A stretch of DNA of 59,060 nt. Origin: Rhodothermales bacterium (GTDB lineage Bacteria; Bacteroidota; Rhodothermia; Rhodothermales; UBA10348). The stretch is from contig JBLFXH010000002.1 in the NCBI GenBank assembly GCA_047611125.1, positions 1-59,060 of the forward strand, in the 5' to 3' direction. Of the stretch, positions 22,389 through 32,574 are shown in pieces. A program made the position numbers and the translations under genes. How positions within the stretch are numbered: the first letter of the stretch is position 1; each line of letters starts with the position of its first letter. The notes under the pieces are model-generated. The model was given only the letters and a program-made list of their open reading frames with translations, was not told the origin of the DNA and made no database searches.

Positions 22389-23882
22389 ATGTCAACGGAA
22401 GCCTATTTCGATCGCTACCGCCGCAACATTGTCGGCCACGACCTGGAGTTTGAAACTCCGTATGGGCGAAAGCCCCTGATCTACGCGGACTGGATTGCGT
22501 CCGGCCGTCTGTATGGGCCGATAGAGGACCGGATGGCGAATACGTTCGGTCCCTACGTGGGCAATACCCACTCCGAGTCCAGCGTGACCGGGACTTCGAT
22601 GACCAGGGCCTACCACGAGGCGCGCGCCATCATCAAACGGCACGTCAACGCCGGGCCGAATGACGTGATCATTGCCGCTGGAAGCGGGATGACGGGGGTG
22701 ATAAACAAGCTCCAGCGCATCCTCGGGCTCCGCGCACCAGAGCGCCTGATGGATCAGATTCGCGTTCCTGAGGCGGAACGGTCCGTGGTCTTCCTTACCC
22801 ACATGGAGCACCATTCCAACCAGACTTCCTGGTTGGAGACCATTGCCGATGTCGAGTGGGTCCCGCCGATGCCGAATGGCGAGTGTTGTCTCGAGACGCT
22901 GGAGGCCGCGGTCAAGAAATTCGGGGATCGTCCCAAGATTGGATCCTTTACGGCCTGCTCAAACGTGACAGGCGTGCGGACGCCCTACCACAAGATGGCC
23001 AAGGTGATGCACGAACACGGCGGCCTGTGTTTCATCGACTTCGCTGCCTCCGCACCGTACGACCCCATCGACATGCACCCAGCCGACGAGGCCGAACGCC
23101 TCGATGCTGTGTTCTTGTCGCCCCACAAGTTTTTGGGCGGCCCTGGCTCAGCTGGCGTAATGGTGTTCGATGCCGCGCTGGACAACAACCGCGTGCCCGA
23201 CAATCCCGGAGGAGGGACGGTCGATTGGACCAACCCCTGGGGCGAGCACCGCTTCGTGGACAACATTGAGGACCGCGAGGATGGAGGGACGCCAGGCTTT
23301 CTGCAGACCATGCGGGCAGCGCTGGCCATTCGCCTGAAGGAGGAGATTGGATGCGACGCCATCCACAAGCGGGAGCAGGAGCTACTGGCGAGGGCTTTCG
23401 AGGGCATGGGGCAGATCCCTGGACTTGTGATGCTGGCGGACCATCTGCGCGACCGGTTGGGCGTGATCTCTTTCTATATGGAAGGCATCCACTACAACCT
23501 GATAGTGAAGCTGCTCAATGACCGCTACGGAGTGCAGGTCCGTGGTGGCTGCTCGTGTGCCGGCACCTACGGGCACTACCTGCTCCACGTAGACCCTGAC
23601 CACTCACACAGTATCACGGACCGGATCAACGCAGGAGACCTGTCGGCGAAGCCGGGCTGGGTCCGGTTGTCGCTGCATCCTACGATGACGGACGATGACC
23701 TTGAGACGGTTATCGGTGCGCTGGGTGATATCGCCCGGAACGCCAAGGAGTGGGAGGCAGACTACCGGTACCAACTGCAGACCAACGAGTTTGTGCACCT
23801 GAACGAGCAGCCGCTGGCGGTGGAAGGGTGGTTTGATTTGAGCGTGGAGGCCGACCGACTAACGCATGAAGCGGACTCTTAG
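22389..23882 (+). CDS. Aminotransferase class V-fold PLP-dependent enzyme (cysteine-desulfurase-like, function unknown)
   Basis: THMEHHSN, the PLP-lysine context SPHKFLGGPG and the late motif VRGGCSCAG. 497 aa. Confidence 0.75.
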   Translation: MSTEAYFDRYRRNIVGHDLEFETPYGRKPLIYADWIASGRLYGPIEDRMANTFGPYVGNTHSESSVTGTSMTRAYHEARAIIKRHVNAGPNDVIIAAGSGMTGVINKLQRILGLRAPERLMDQIRVPEAERSVVFLTHMEHHSNQTSWLETIADVEWVPPMPNGECCLETLEAAVKKFGDRPKIGSFTACSNVTGVRTPYHKMAKVMHEHGGLCFIDFAASAPYDPIDMHPADEAERLDAVFLSPHKFLGGPGSAGVMVFDAALDNNRVPDNPGGGTVDWTNPWGEHRFVDNIEDREDGGTPGFLQTMRAALAIRLKEEIGCDAIHKREQELLARAFEGMGQIPGLVMLADHLRDRLGVISFYMEGIHYNLIVKLLNDRYGVQVRGGCSCAGTYGHYLLHVDPDHSHSITDRINAGDLSAKPGWVRLSLHPTMTDDDLETVIGALGDIARNAKEWEADYRYQLQTNEFVHLNEQPLAVEGWFDLSVEADRLTHEADS

Positions 23883-24013
23883 TGCTGCCCTGGGTTTTCT
23901 CTGCTCCTGCAGCCCTGAGCCGCAGAATCATGATCTTGTCCACGCAGATTCACCGACGACGCTTGAGTAGTCGGTAAATCTGTCGCTTGTGCGGTCCATC
24001 GATATGGTAGAGG

Positions 24014-24172
24014 GTGACTAGTTATTCATTGCACAGATTGGCCAGGCAATCAATCGCCACCTACCTCCGGTACTTCAATGAGGAGCGCGGGCACTCGACT
24101 CATGGGCACCGAACCCCGACGACGCATTCTATAACTACAAGGCGCTGCCTCAAGCAGCGTGAACCCACCGCA
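24014..24172 (+). pseudogene. Relic of the C-terminus of an IS3-family (rve integrase-domain) transposase, frameshifted
   Basis: ...ARQSIATYLRYFNEERGHSTHGHRTP matches the conserved IS3 OrfB end (yI.yYN.eR.Hs.lg..tP). The expected continuation P(D)DAFYNYKALPQAA* is in another frame. An in-frame stop lies immediately upstream at 24008, and no catalytic DDE region is present. Confidence 0.5.
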
Positions 24173-24396
24173 GGAGCCCTGTCCAGATTAGCCCGACCGT
24201 TTCTCATTGCGAGACCGCCCTTGGAGATCCTGTCTCAATTCGGGGCACGACTGGCCGCGGGCTCGTCCGATCCTACGGACATCGGGCGGTCGGGCCGGGG
24301 AAAACCGCATTCGAATGAAGTTGGTCGCATCCAGGCCAAAAGTGCCCTGGATACCCCGCTAGCCCCCTTCGGGCCGGGTTCGCGGCGTCATTAATG

Positions 24397-24435
24397 CGCC
24401 CCTGGGTGAAGTCAATGTCGCCCAGGGGCGTTTTT
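24397..24435 (+). terminator. Rho-independent terminator
   Basis: Perfect 10-bp stem cgcccctggg (24397-24406) / cccaggggcg (24421-24430), a 14-nt loop, then TTTTT (24431-24435). Confidence 0.65.
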
Positions 24436-24450
24436 GGCACGGTGTTCGCT
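24435..24450 (+). promoter_or_regulatory. Sigma-54-type -24/-12 promoter-like element
   Basis: TGGCAC-GGTGT-TCGCT against the consensus TGGCAC-N5-TTGCW. GG and GC have the correct spacing. It lies 35 nt upstream of the GTG (44 nt upstream of the ATG) of the orphan ORF. Confidence 0.35.
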
Positions 24451-24485
24451 ACTCCGTCAAGCGTAACGCATTAACGCTTCCAACG

Positions 24486-24749
24486 GTGTACGACATGGCT
24501 TCCGCTTCCCTCGCCCCCAACAGTTCTTCCCTCGCCATGCTGTTCAACCTGTACATGCAGGGTCAGATCAGCGAACGGGTCTGGAAGCGCATGATGCGCC
24601 TCATGGACTCAGCGAAGACCACCAAGACCGAACGCATGGCACTGGCGCGGTACGTCCGTGACGTCTGCGAAGAGACTGGTGCCGCTTCCCTCAACATGCC
24701 CCGCGTCAAGGAACTCGGCGACATGCTGACCCACGTAAGACATTCCTAA
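24486..24749 (+). CDS. Orphan small helical protein (87 aa; alternative ATG at 24495)
   Basis: The codon third positions are GC-rich like bona fide genes here. The ORF is bracketed by an upstream terminator/promoter-like element and a downstream strong terminator. No family recognised. Confidence 0.5.
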   Translation: MYDMASASLAPNSSSLAMLFNLYMQGQISERVWKRMMRLMDSAKTTKTERMALARYVRDVCEETGAASLNMPRVKELGDMLTHVRHS

Positions 24750-24843
24750 TCGTCGAATCTGGCATCTCTACACACTACCTCCTCCTGTGTGTTTCGATCG
24801 TTCCGTAACGGTGGGTGATACGGACGATTTCGCCTTCGACGTT

Positions 24844-24886
24844 GAAGCCGGGTGCTTTTGGAAGCAGCACCCGGCTTCTTTTTTTT
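24844..24886 (+). terminator. Rho-independent terminator
   Basis: Perfect 13-bp stem gaagccgggtgct (24844-24856) / agcacccggcttc (24866-24878) followed by T8 (24879-24886). The T-run overlaps the stop of the convergent minus-strand gene. Confidence 0.8.
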
Positions 24887-25712
24887 ATCCGGTAATCGCC
24901 TCGGGCTGATCACCGTCCTCGTAGAGGGCCACCTGGCTTCCCATCCATCCCACAGAGATGAAAGATCGCCCCAGCAGCACCACCTGCTGGAGAAGGAACA
25001 GGCCGAATGAGGCGCCCATTGACATCTCGAGTTCAGTGGGCAGCAGAAGCAGGAGCAGGCTGGGTACGAACCAGACTAGATAGACCCCGTGCGCGGCCCA
25101 TCTGCGCAATCCGCGCCGAAAGCCCATCTTCGCGCTCTCGACCACGGACGAATCGCTCGAGACCAGAGCAATGCGGGCATAGTCCAGCGTCAGATCGATG
25201 GCGGCCATGCCGGTCAGCCAGACAGCCGGTACGGCTACGAAGACCGTCCAGAATTGAATGACCTCGCTAGAAAGCGTCAGCGCGAATACGATGGCTACTC
25301 CGGCCACGATTCCGGTCCAGATGCCCATCGGCACCAGAAACAGGCCGGTCAGTCCCAGGCTCTTCCAGAAGTAGCGATCCACGCCGGACCAGAACGAACG
25401 GGCCCCGCCTTGTCTCAGCGCCTGAGGCAGGCCGACGCCAGCGGCCGAAGACCACAGGAAGAGGATAAGTGTGGCAATCATCAGCAGTCCAAAGACCGAG
25501 GCGAAGGCGCCCGCAAGAGCTTCCGGAATGTCCGCCAGCAAAGCGATATCGATTTCCTCGAAGCCGGCGGCGCCAAAGGTGGTAGTGAGCGCGGCGCCGA
25601 TCGGCGTGGCAATGAGGTAGCCGAGCACGGCGTGCACGGAAAACAGCAGAACGGCCAGCCAGGGCTTCGCCCGGATCGCACCCATTCCTGCCTTCAGGTA
25701 TGAAATAGTCAT
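24885..25712 (-). CDS. Multi-pass integral membrane protein, unknown function
   Basis: 275 aa with about 6 hydrophobic helices. It starts 2 nt after the stop of the upstream M1 peptidase gene, so the two are likely co-transcribed. Confidence 0.6.
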   Translation of the reverse strand: MTISYLKAGMGAIRAKPWLAVLLFSVHAVLGYLIATPIGAALTTTFGAAGFEEIDIALLADIPEALAGAFASVFGLLMIATLILFLWSSAAGVGLPQALRQGGARSFWSGVDRYFWKSLGLTGLFLVPMGIWTGIVAGVAIVFALTLSSEVIQFWTVFVAVPAVWLTGMAAIDLTLDYARIALVSSDSSVVESAKMGFRRGLRRWAAHGVYLVWFVPSLLLLLLPTELEMSMGASFGLFLLQQVVLLGRSFISVGWMGSQVALYEDGDQPEAITG

Positions 25713-25714
25713 CT

Positions 25715-27757
25715 TTAGAAGAGGGCAGAAATGAGGAGGGCCAACTGCTGGAATCGGACGGCAAACTTGCGCCGCTCCGTCGATCCGGGGCTGACCGGCT
25801 GGACGGCGCGGCGGTTATTCAGTCGATTGATGTCCAGCATCAGGATGCCCTCCGGGTCTACGAAGGCTGCCGCCAGTCGCTCATCGCCACTCGCCTTGAA
25901 CTCCTTCCACTGATCCTTGCCGTCCCACGGCATATCACGATGGGTGCCGTCCGCAAACTCGAGTCTCAGGACTGTCGGCATGGTCCCGTCATGGACACGC
26001 TGCACAACAACGCGGTGGTTGTACAGCGCATCCAGGCTGTCAGGAATAGACCGATCTCGCGTGGACGTCATCTCGTCAATCCGGTAATCCAGAACAGCAG
26101 TCCCGTAGACGTACTGCTGATAGAACCAGTCCAGATCCTGCCCCGAGACGTCTTCCATGGTCTGCTGGAGATCGCGCGTGGTGGGGTGCCGGAAGCGCCA
26201 CTGGCTGTAGTAGGTCCGCAGGAAGGTGCGCATGGTATCCCAGCCCAGGTACCCTTCCAGCGTGTTCATCACCGTGGCCGGCTTGCTGTAGGAGTTCTTC
26301 GAATAGTCAGCAGCGAACTCGTATTCCCAGGTGCGGGTGAAGAGCGCCCCGCGGGAAGGGTTGAGCTTGGTGTAGCCCAGGCGTTGCATTGCGCGATCGC
26401 CTAGCGGGAGTCCGGGAATATCGATGGCTGACCCAGGGCCGTAGGCATCGTCCATGATGCGCGATTCTAGGTAAGAGGTCATGCCCTCGTCCAGCCACGC
26501 CTCCTCGAATTCGTTGGAGGCCAGGAGGCCATAGAAGTACTGGTGCCCGAACTCGTGGATGGTAACTAGCTCAGGGAAACGCGCCCATGACGGCATCATG
26601 TAGGCGGTGCCGGACGTGATCAGTGTTGGGTATTCCATCCCGTTGGCGCCGCCGAAGCCATCCACCACGGTCAGGCTGGTGTAGGGATATTCACCCACCC
26701 AGTCATCAAAGCGCTCCAAGGCGGCGATGGCAGAATCAATGTGCCGGCGCTTCTGGCTCTCCGTGTCGTGATCCGGGCGAAGCAGGAGTCTGATCTGGAC
26801 ATGGCGCCAGGTCTCTTCGTGAACCCGGTAGTTCTCGTAGGCCGTCCAGGCAAAGTCGTGAACGTCATCCGCCCGATAGCGCAGGGTCTTGACGCCGTTC
26901 TCGGTGGCCTCCTCGGTCCGAACACCCGATGCACCGACCACAAAGGATTCTGGGACCCGCATGGTCACGTCATAGGTGCCGAAGTCCGCGTAGAACTCGG
27001 AGTTGGCGTGGAACTGATGGGCATTCCACTTGCCGGTCGGGGCATCCGCAGGGACGTAGCGCTGGCCCGGGATTTCGTAGACGGCAATCTTCGGAAACCA
27101 CTGCGCGACCATGAAGAACGGATCGCCCTGATCATCCTCCGTAAATCCGGTGCGTGCCACGACTCGTGGCATCACGCTTTCGAAGTTCATATCCAGGGCG
27201 ATGGTCTCGCCTGGCAGGACGGGACTGGGAAGCCGCACCGCCATGACTGTTCGGTCGTCGCGGTTGCTGTCGTCTGGCTGGATGAATCGCATATCGGCCG
27301 TCAGGTCTACAGGCTGACCAGAGTAGGGCAGGATTCCTCCGAGGTCTCCGCGCGCGTCGCCGGCAATTGAGAGGCGCTCAACAGTGATGCCACCCCATTT
27401 GTCGTCTTGGTCGGTGGAATTACCTCTGTGGGCTCCGCCGCTCTCAACCTGAAACGTGGACCCTGGAGAGAACGCGTTTAGGTAAAGGTGGAATTGGAGT
27501 TCATCCACCGGGGTATCTCCCGGGTTTCTCCAGGTGAGTCGCTGCGTGCCGGAGACCGTTCGTGCCTCCGGGTCCAGTGTCGCATCGATTTGGTAGGCCA
27601 CCCGCCGTTCGGACAGCGGGACGTCTGAAGTGGTTGCGCGTTGCGCCGAGGCGGGAGTCGCGGACAGGACTACCACGGCCGCCAGGGTCGCGGCCAGTGT
27701 CGTCCCAGAAGAGAGCGGAAACCGCGGCGTCCGTGCTCGGAAGAAGGGGTAGAACAT
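25715..27757 (-). CDS. M1 family metallopeptidase (secreted)
   Basis: HEFGHQYFYG...(18)...WLDEGMTSY gluzincin motif, with signal peptide ...AAVVVLSATPASAQ after the ATG at 27757. The ORF is open to 27805. Confidence 0.88.
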   Translation of the reverse strand: MFYPFFRARTPRFPLSSGTTLAATLAAVVVLSATPASAQRATTSDVPLSERRVAYQIDATLDPEARTVSGTQRLTWRNPGDTPVDELQFHLYLNAFSPGSTFQVESGGAHRGNSTDQDDKWGGITVERLSIAGDARGDLGGILPYSGQPVDLTADMRFIQPDDSNRDDRTVMAVRLPSPVLPGETIALDMNFESVMPRVVARTGFTEDDQGDPFFMVAQWFPKIAVYEIPGQRYVPADAPTGKWNAHQFHANSEFYADFGTYDVTMRVPESFVVGASGVRTEEATENGVKTLRYRADDVHDFAWTAYENYRVHEETWRHVQIRLLLRPDHDTESQKRRHIDSAIAALERFDDWVGEYPYTSLTVVDGFGGANGMEYPTLITSGTAYMMPSWARFPELVTIHEFGHQYFYGLLASNEFEEAWLDEGMTSYLESRIMDDAYGPGSAIDIPGLPLGDRAMQRLGYTKLNPSRGALFTRTWEYEFAADYSKNSYSKPATVMNTLEGYLGWDTMRTFLRTYYSQWRFRHPTTRDLQQTMEDVSGQDLDWFYQQYVYGTAVLDYRIDEMTSTRDRSIPDSLDALYNHRVVVQRVHDGTMPTVLRLEFADGTHRDMPWDGKDQWKEFKASGDERLAAAFVDPEGILMLDINRLNNRRAVQPVSPGSTERRKFAVRFQQLALLISALF

Positions 27758-27823
27758 TTGAGGGGGCGTGCTATTACGGTTTAGTCTACAAAAAACACCC
27801 TCCACTCACCCGTAACCGCTCCG

Positions 27824-28708
27824 ATGATCCGCGGTGATTTTGTCGAACTTTGTGAGGTGGGCCCACGCGATGGGTTCCAATTCGAGTCGGTGCCTATACG
27901 GACCCGATTCAAGGAGGATGCGATTCGTCGCCTTCTGGCTGCGGGACTGAGGCGGCTCCAGGCCACCTCTTTCGTACACCCCAAGCGCGTGCCGCAGATG
28001 GCGGACGCGGAAGAGCTCTTGGCCGCACTGGGCCAGCGAGCGGAGATTTCAGCGCTCGCGTTGAATCTCCGCGGAGTAGACCGTGCCATCGAGTCCGGGG
28101 TGACCACCGTCGATCTGTCGATTGCCCTCAATCAGCAGCATGCCGCAGACAACGCCAACTCCACCGTCGAAGCCGGCGTGGAGGCAGCCTCAGTGATGAT
28201 TGCTAGAGCGAAGGGCGCCGGGCTTCAGGTACAACTTGGACTGCAGACGGTCTGGGGCTACGCCCAGCCTGACGACACGCCCCTCGGCCTGATCGACGCC
28301 GTCGTCGAACAGTTGGCCGGCGTGGGACTGGAATCTCTGTCTTTGGCTGATTCGACCGGAATGGCATCCCCTGACAGCATCGTTCAGATAGTGGACCGGG
28401 TCCGGGAGCGGGCGGGGGAAACGCCAATCGTCCTGCACCTGCACGACACCCGTGGTGTCGGACTCGCGAACGTCTCGGCCGCCCTGAAGGCCGGAGTGCG
28501 GCGATTCGACACGTCGCTTGGCGGCCTAGGCGGCTGTCCTTTCATTCCCGGAGCGACAGGCAATGTGGCCACCGAGGACGTGGCGTATCTATGCGAGCGG
28601 CTCGGCTACGAAACGGGCATTGATATCGCGGCCGTGGCGGCCGTCTCCCGGGACGTGGAGACCCTGGTCGGGCACCCGCTGTCCGGCAGAATGTACCGGC
28701 TCATCTAA
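27824..28708 (+). CDS. Hydroxymethylglutaryl-CoA lyase
   Basis: EVGPRDGFQ, TSFVHPKRVPQMAD, LHLHDTRGVGLANV and GGCPF motifs of the HMGL-like family. Confidence 0.85.
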   Translation: MIRGDFVELCEVGPRDGFQFESVPIRTRFKEDAIRRLLAAGLRRLQATSFVHPKRVPQMADAEELLAALGQRAEISALALNLRGVDRAIESGVTTVDLSIALNQQHAADNANSTVEAGVEAASVMIARAKGAGLQVQLGLQTVWGYAQPDDTPLGLIDAVVEQLAGVGLESLSLADSTGMASPDSIVQIVDRVRERAGETPIVLHLHDTRGVGLANVSAALKAGVRRFDTSLGGLGGCPFIPGATGNVATEDVAYLCERLGYETGIDIAAVAAVSRDVETLVGHPLSGRMYRLI

Positions 28709-28775
28709 GGTTGCGGTTGACCTAGTCCGCTGCCGCGGGCGGCCTCAGTCCGCAAACGCCCCCTCGGCCTCAGTC

Positions 28776-31628
28776 TTAGTCCTGATATGACTCGATGGGA
28801 GGGCACGTGCAGATAAGCGTCCGGTCCCCTTGAGCATCATTCACGCGCCGAACCGAAGGCCAGAACTTGTGCTCCCTGGTCCATGGTGCAGGATAGGCGG
28901 CCTTCTCGCGCGAATACGGATGGTTCCAGTCGTTGCTGAGTACCATTCCAGCGGTATGAGGGGCGTTGCGCAGTGGGTTGTCCTCCGCGTCGGCGATACC
29001 CAGTTCCACCTCTTGAACCTCGGCACGAATGGCAATCATCGCATCGCAGAATCGGTCCAGTTCGGCCTTGGACTCGGACTCGGTGGGCTCGACCATGACC
29101 GTGCCGACAACCGGCCAGGACATGGTTGGCGCATGGTATCCGTAGTCCATCAATCGCTTAGCCACGTCCACCTCGGTAAGCGTGGTCTTCTGACGCAGAT
29201 GCCGGAGGTCAAGAATGAATTCGTGCGCCACGCGGCCTGACTTGCCAGTGAAGAGCACATCGTAGTGGCCATCCAGGCGCTTGGCCATGTAGTTGGCGTT
29301 GAGGATCGCTGCCTCCGAAGAGCGCTTGAGTCCTGGCTGGCCCAGCATCGCGATGTACGCCCAGGAGATTACCAGAACGCCCGCGCTGCCAAACGGCGCC
29401 GAGGCAACGGCCCCGATGGCATGGCTGCCGCCGGTCTTGATCAGCGGGTGGCCCGGCATGAACGGCGCCAGATGCGGCGCAGCACAGATTGGTCCGATGC
29501 CGGGTCCGCCACCACCGTGTGGGATGGCAAAGGTTTTGTGCAGGTTGAGGTGGCAGACGTCCGCTCCGAAATCGCCTGGCCGGCAAAGCCCGACCTGCGC
29601 ATTCATGTTCGCGCCATCCATGTAGACCTGCCCGCTGTGTTCGTGGATGATGCCACAGATATCGCGGATTCCCGTCTCAAATACCCCATGGGTAGAGGGG
29701 TAGGTAATCATTAAGGCAGCCAGCGAGTCGGCATTGGCAGCGGCCTTGCTGCGCAGGTCTTCGATATCCACGTTGCCGTGATCGTCGCAGTTCACCACGA
29801 CCACTTTCATTCCTGCCAAGACTGCGCTGGCCGGGTTGGTGCCGTGCGCGGAGCTGGGGATCAGACAAACATTCCGGTGTCCCTCGTTTCGCGACGCATG
29901 AAACGCCCGAATGGTGAGTAGCCCGGTGTATTCGCCTGCAGCACCGCTGTTGGGCTGAAGCGAGACAGCGGGAAGCCCGGTGATTTCGCCCAGCCATGCT
30001 TCCAAATCAGAGACAATCTTCTGATAACCGGGCACCTGCTCGAGCGGTGCAAAGGGATGAATGGCGTTCAGTCCTGACCACGTGATCGGCATGAGCTCCG
30101 CGGCAGCGTTGAGCTTCATGGTGCACGAGCCCAGCGGGATCATGCTTGTGGTCAGCGAAAGGTCGCGGGATGAGAGGCGCTGCATGTAGCGCATCATGTC
30201 CGTCTCCGAGTGGCTGGAATTGAAGACTGGATGCTCCAGGTAGGCTGTAGTCCGCGGCTTGGCGCCGGCGTAGCCAGACTCCAGCGTGCCCGTGAATGCC
30301 TTGAGATCCGTGCGTGCGTCCACCAACACCTGGACCAGCGTTTCGAGCTCGGCCTCGGTGACAGCCTCGTCCAAAGCCACACCGACTGACCCATCCTCAA
30401 AATACCGGAGGTTCATCCTGGCCTGCTTGGCCCGCAGCCGAACAGCAGTCAAGTCCAGACCATCCAGTCGGAGAGTCTCGAAGTAGTCGTCGAATCGTGG
30501 CGTCACGCCATGCTCACGCAGCGCGGCAGCGAGGACGCGTGTAGCATCGTGGATCCGGGTGGCGATGGCCTTCAGTCCAGCCGGACCGTGGTACACGGCG
30601 TACATGCTGGCTGCCACGGCAAGCAGCACCTGCGCGGTGCAGATATTCGAGGTGGCCTTGTCGCGGCGGATGTGTTGCTCGCGCGTCTGAAGCGCCATGC
30701 GAAGCGCGGGGTTGCCATCGGCGTCCACCGTGACTCCGATGATCCGGCCGGGAACGGCACGCTTGAACGTATTGTGCGTGGCGAAGAATGCCGCGTGCGG
30801 GCCGCCATAGCCCATCGGCACCCCAAATCGCTGACTGGTGCCCACAACGACGTCCGCTCCGAATTGGCCGGGTGCCTCAAGGATTGTCAGGGAGAGGAGA
30901 TCGGCAGCGACCACCACGTAACCGCCTCCTGCGTGAACGGCATCGCAAAGCCCCTGGTAATCACGAACCTGGCCGTCGGTGGTCGGATACTGGACAAGTA
31001 CCCCAAACACAGCATCCTCCATCTGGAAGCTGTGGTAGTCTCCAACCACCACGTTGATGCCCAGCGGCTCCGCCCGGGTCTGCACCACATCAATGGTCTG
31101 TGGGTGGCAGGCATCATCCACAAAAAATGTCTCGCGCCCCCGGGTCTTCCGGTGAAGCATCGTCATAGCCTCGGCCGCTGCGGTACCCTCGTCCAGCAGC
31201 GAGGCGTTCGCGATCTCAAGCCCCGTAAGGTCACTGACCAGCGTCTGAAAATTCAGCAGCGCCTCCAGGCGGCCCTGGGCAATCTCGGCCTGATAGGGCG
31301 TGTACTGTGTGTACCAGTTCGGATTCTCCAGAATGCCCCGCTGAATCACCGGAGGCGTCAGGGTGGCGTGGTAGCCCATCCCGATATAGGAGCGGAATTG
31401 CTGATTGGTGTCCGCAATGTCCCGGATATGCGCGAGCAACTCGTGCTCTGTGAGTGCGGCCGGTAGGTCCAACTCACCCTTCAATCGGATGCCGGCCGGA
31501 ATGGTCTGACCGACCAGTTCATCCATCGACTCGACACCGACAAGCGCCAACATGTCGCGGACATCTGATTCAGATGGGCCAATGTGGCGGTCGGAAAAAC
31601 GATCCGTGTGTTTCAGGTCGACGGTCAT
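28776..31628 (-). CDS. gcvP: Glycine dehydrogenase (aminomethyl-transferring), single-chain P protein
   Basis: [20 protein letters not shown] start and the PLP-lysine motif [16 protein letters not shown]. About 950 aa. The ORF is open to 31703, but the ATG at 31628 fits the family N-terminus. Confidence 0.95.
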   Translation of the reverse strand: MTVDLKHTDRFSDRHIGPSESDVRDMLALVGVESMDELVGQTIPAGIRLKGELDLPAALTEHELLAHIRDIADTNQQFRSYIGMGYHATLTPPVIQRGILENPNWYTQYTPYQAEIAQGRLEALLNFQTLVSDLTGLEIANASLLDEGTAAAEAMTMLHRKTRGRETFFVDDACHPQTIDVVQTRAEPLGINVVVGDYHSFQMEDAVFGVLVQYPTTDGQVRDYQGLCDAVHAGGGYVVVAADLLSLTILEAPGQFGADVVVGTSQRFGVPMGYGGPHAAFFATHNTFKRAVPGRIIGVTVDADGNPALRMALQTREQHIRRDKATSNICTAQVLLAVAASMYAVYHGPAGLKAIATRIHDATRVLAAALREHGVTPRFDDYFETLRLDGLDLTAVRLRAKQARMNLRYFEDGSVGVALDEAVTEAELETLVQVLVDARTDLKAFTGTLESGYAGAKPRTTAYLEHPVFNSSHSETDMMRYMQRLSSRDLSLTTSMIPLGSCTMKLNAAAELMPITWSGLNAIHPFAPLEQVPGYQKIVSDLEAWLGEITGLPAVSLQPNSGAAGEYTGLLTIRAFHASRNEGHRNVCLIPSSAHGTNPASAVLAGMKVVVVNCDDHGNVDIEDLRSKAAANADSLAALMITYPSTHGVFETGIRDICGIIHEHSGQVYMDGANMNAQVGLCRPGDFGADVCHLNLHKTFAIPHGGGGPGIGPICAAPHLAPFMPGHPLIKTGGSHAIGAVASAPFGSAGVLVISWAYIAMLGQPGLKRSSEAAILNANYMAKRLDGHYDVLFTGKSGRVAHEFILDLRHLRQKTTLTEVDVAKRLMDYGYHAPTMSWPVVGTVMVEPTESESKAELDRFCDAMIAIRAEVQEVELGIADAEDNPLRNAPHTAGMVLSNDWNHPYSREKAAYPAPWTREHKFWPSVRRVNDAQGDRTLICTCPPIESYQD

Positions 31629-31733
31629 CAGAACTCCTGGTTTCCCCGTTGCCCGGGGCGTGCGGTGATCGAAGGGAATAGCAACTAGATGGGGATGAAC
31701 CAACCTTGTCTCAATCGGAGCCGGGCAAGCTGT

Positions 31734-32564
31734 TCAGTTTTCGTGGAAAGCGTTCGGGTTCGCGTCGGTTTCCTCTTCGTTGAGATCCTCGGCGTTACGC
31801 AGCGTCTCCAGCGCGGAGGCGGCCGCGAGCTGCTCTGCCTGTTTCTTGCTCTTGCCCAGGCCAGAACCTTCTGGGTTTCCCTGGACCAGGACTTGGACGG
31901 TGAACCGGCGATTGTGACTGGGTCCGGCGACCTCTTCAGTCCTATAGAGGGGTTGTGGCCAGCCACGTGCTTGGGCGAATTCCAGAAGCAGACTCTTGTG
32001 GTTGTCTTCCCGCTCCATGAGCGCGTCCAGATCCTGAGTGAGGAGCATCCGGTCAACGATGAACTTGCGGGCCGCGTCGGATCCCTGATCCAGGTAAAGC
32101 GCTCCGATGAGGGCCTCGAAGGAGTCGGCCATGACACTCGTCAGCTTCTGCGCCTGGCCTTGAAGTCGGAGGTTGTCCGAAATCACGACGAGCTCGTCTA
32201 GCCCAAGTCGTCGGCCGTGCGTGGCCAGGGCCTCTCCATTAACCAACTTGGATCGCAGTCTGGTCAGGAATCCCTCGTCTTCATTGGGATAGTTTTGGTA
32301 CAGGTACTCCGCCGTAACCGCCCCGAGAATGGCGTCCCCCAAAAACTCCAGGCGCTCGTTGGAATCGATGGCGGAGCCCGGTCGACCGCGGAGAACGGAC
32401 CGGTGCCGCATGGCGTGTTCGTATAGCGACGGATCGCCAACCGGGTGGTTGGTGATCTGGGCCACTACCGCAGTATCTAGTGCTGCGGCATCCGGAACGG
32501 CCTCTTCCAGAGGGAGCGGTGCAGTGCGGGAAAGCCAGCCACGGATTCGATCAATCGGGGTCAT
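31734..32564 (-). CDS. rnc: Ribonuclease III
   Basis: Signature ERLEFLGDAILG and a C-terminal dsRBD (GPSHNRRFTVQV...GKSKKQAEQLAA). It carries an N-terminal extension of about 40 aa and an acidic C-terminal tail. Confidence 0.92.
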   Translation of the reverse strand: MTPIDRIRGWLSRTAPLPLEEAVPDAAALDTAVVAQITNHPVGDPSLYEHAMRHRSVLRGRPGSAIDSNERLEFLGDAILGAVTAEYLYQNYPNEDEGFLTRLRSKLVNGEALATHGRRLGLDELVVISDNLRLQGQAQKLTSVMADSFEALIGALYLDQGSDAARKFIVDRMLLTQDLDALMEREDNHKSLLLEFAQARGWPQPLYRTEEVAGPSHNRRFTVQVLVQGNPEGSGLGKSKKQAEQLAAASALETLRNAEDLNEEETDANPNAFHEN

Positions 32565-32574
32565 TCGTTCTCCG

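Noticed and set aside
30510-31466. 318-aa plus-strand ORF
   Set aside because: It is antisense to gcvP, so it is a shadow ORF.
31629-31733. Possible glycine riboswitch in the 105-nt leader upstream of gcvP (minus strand)
   Set aside because: Reading the minus strand, I found none of the conserved aptamer elements (GGAGAG...CACCGAAGGGGCAA-type cores), only a short CCCCG/CGGGG hairpin. A covariance-model scan (Rfam glycine riboswitch model) would settle it.
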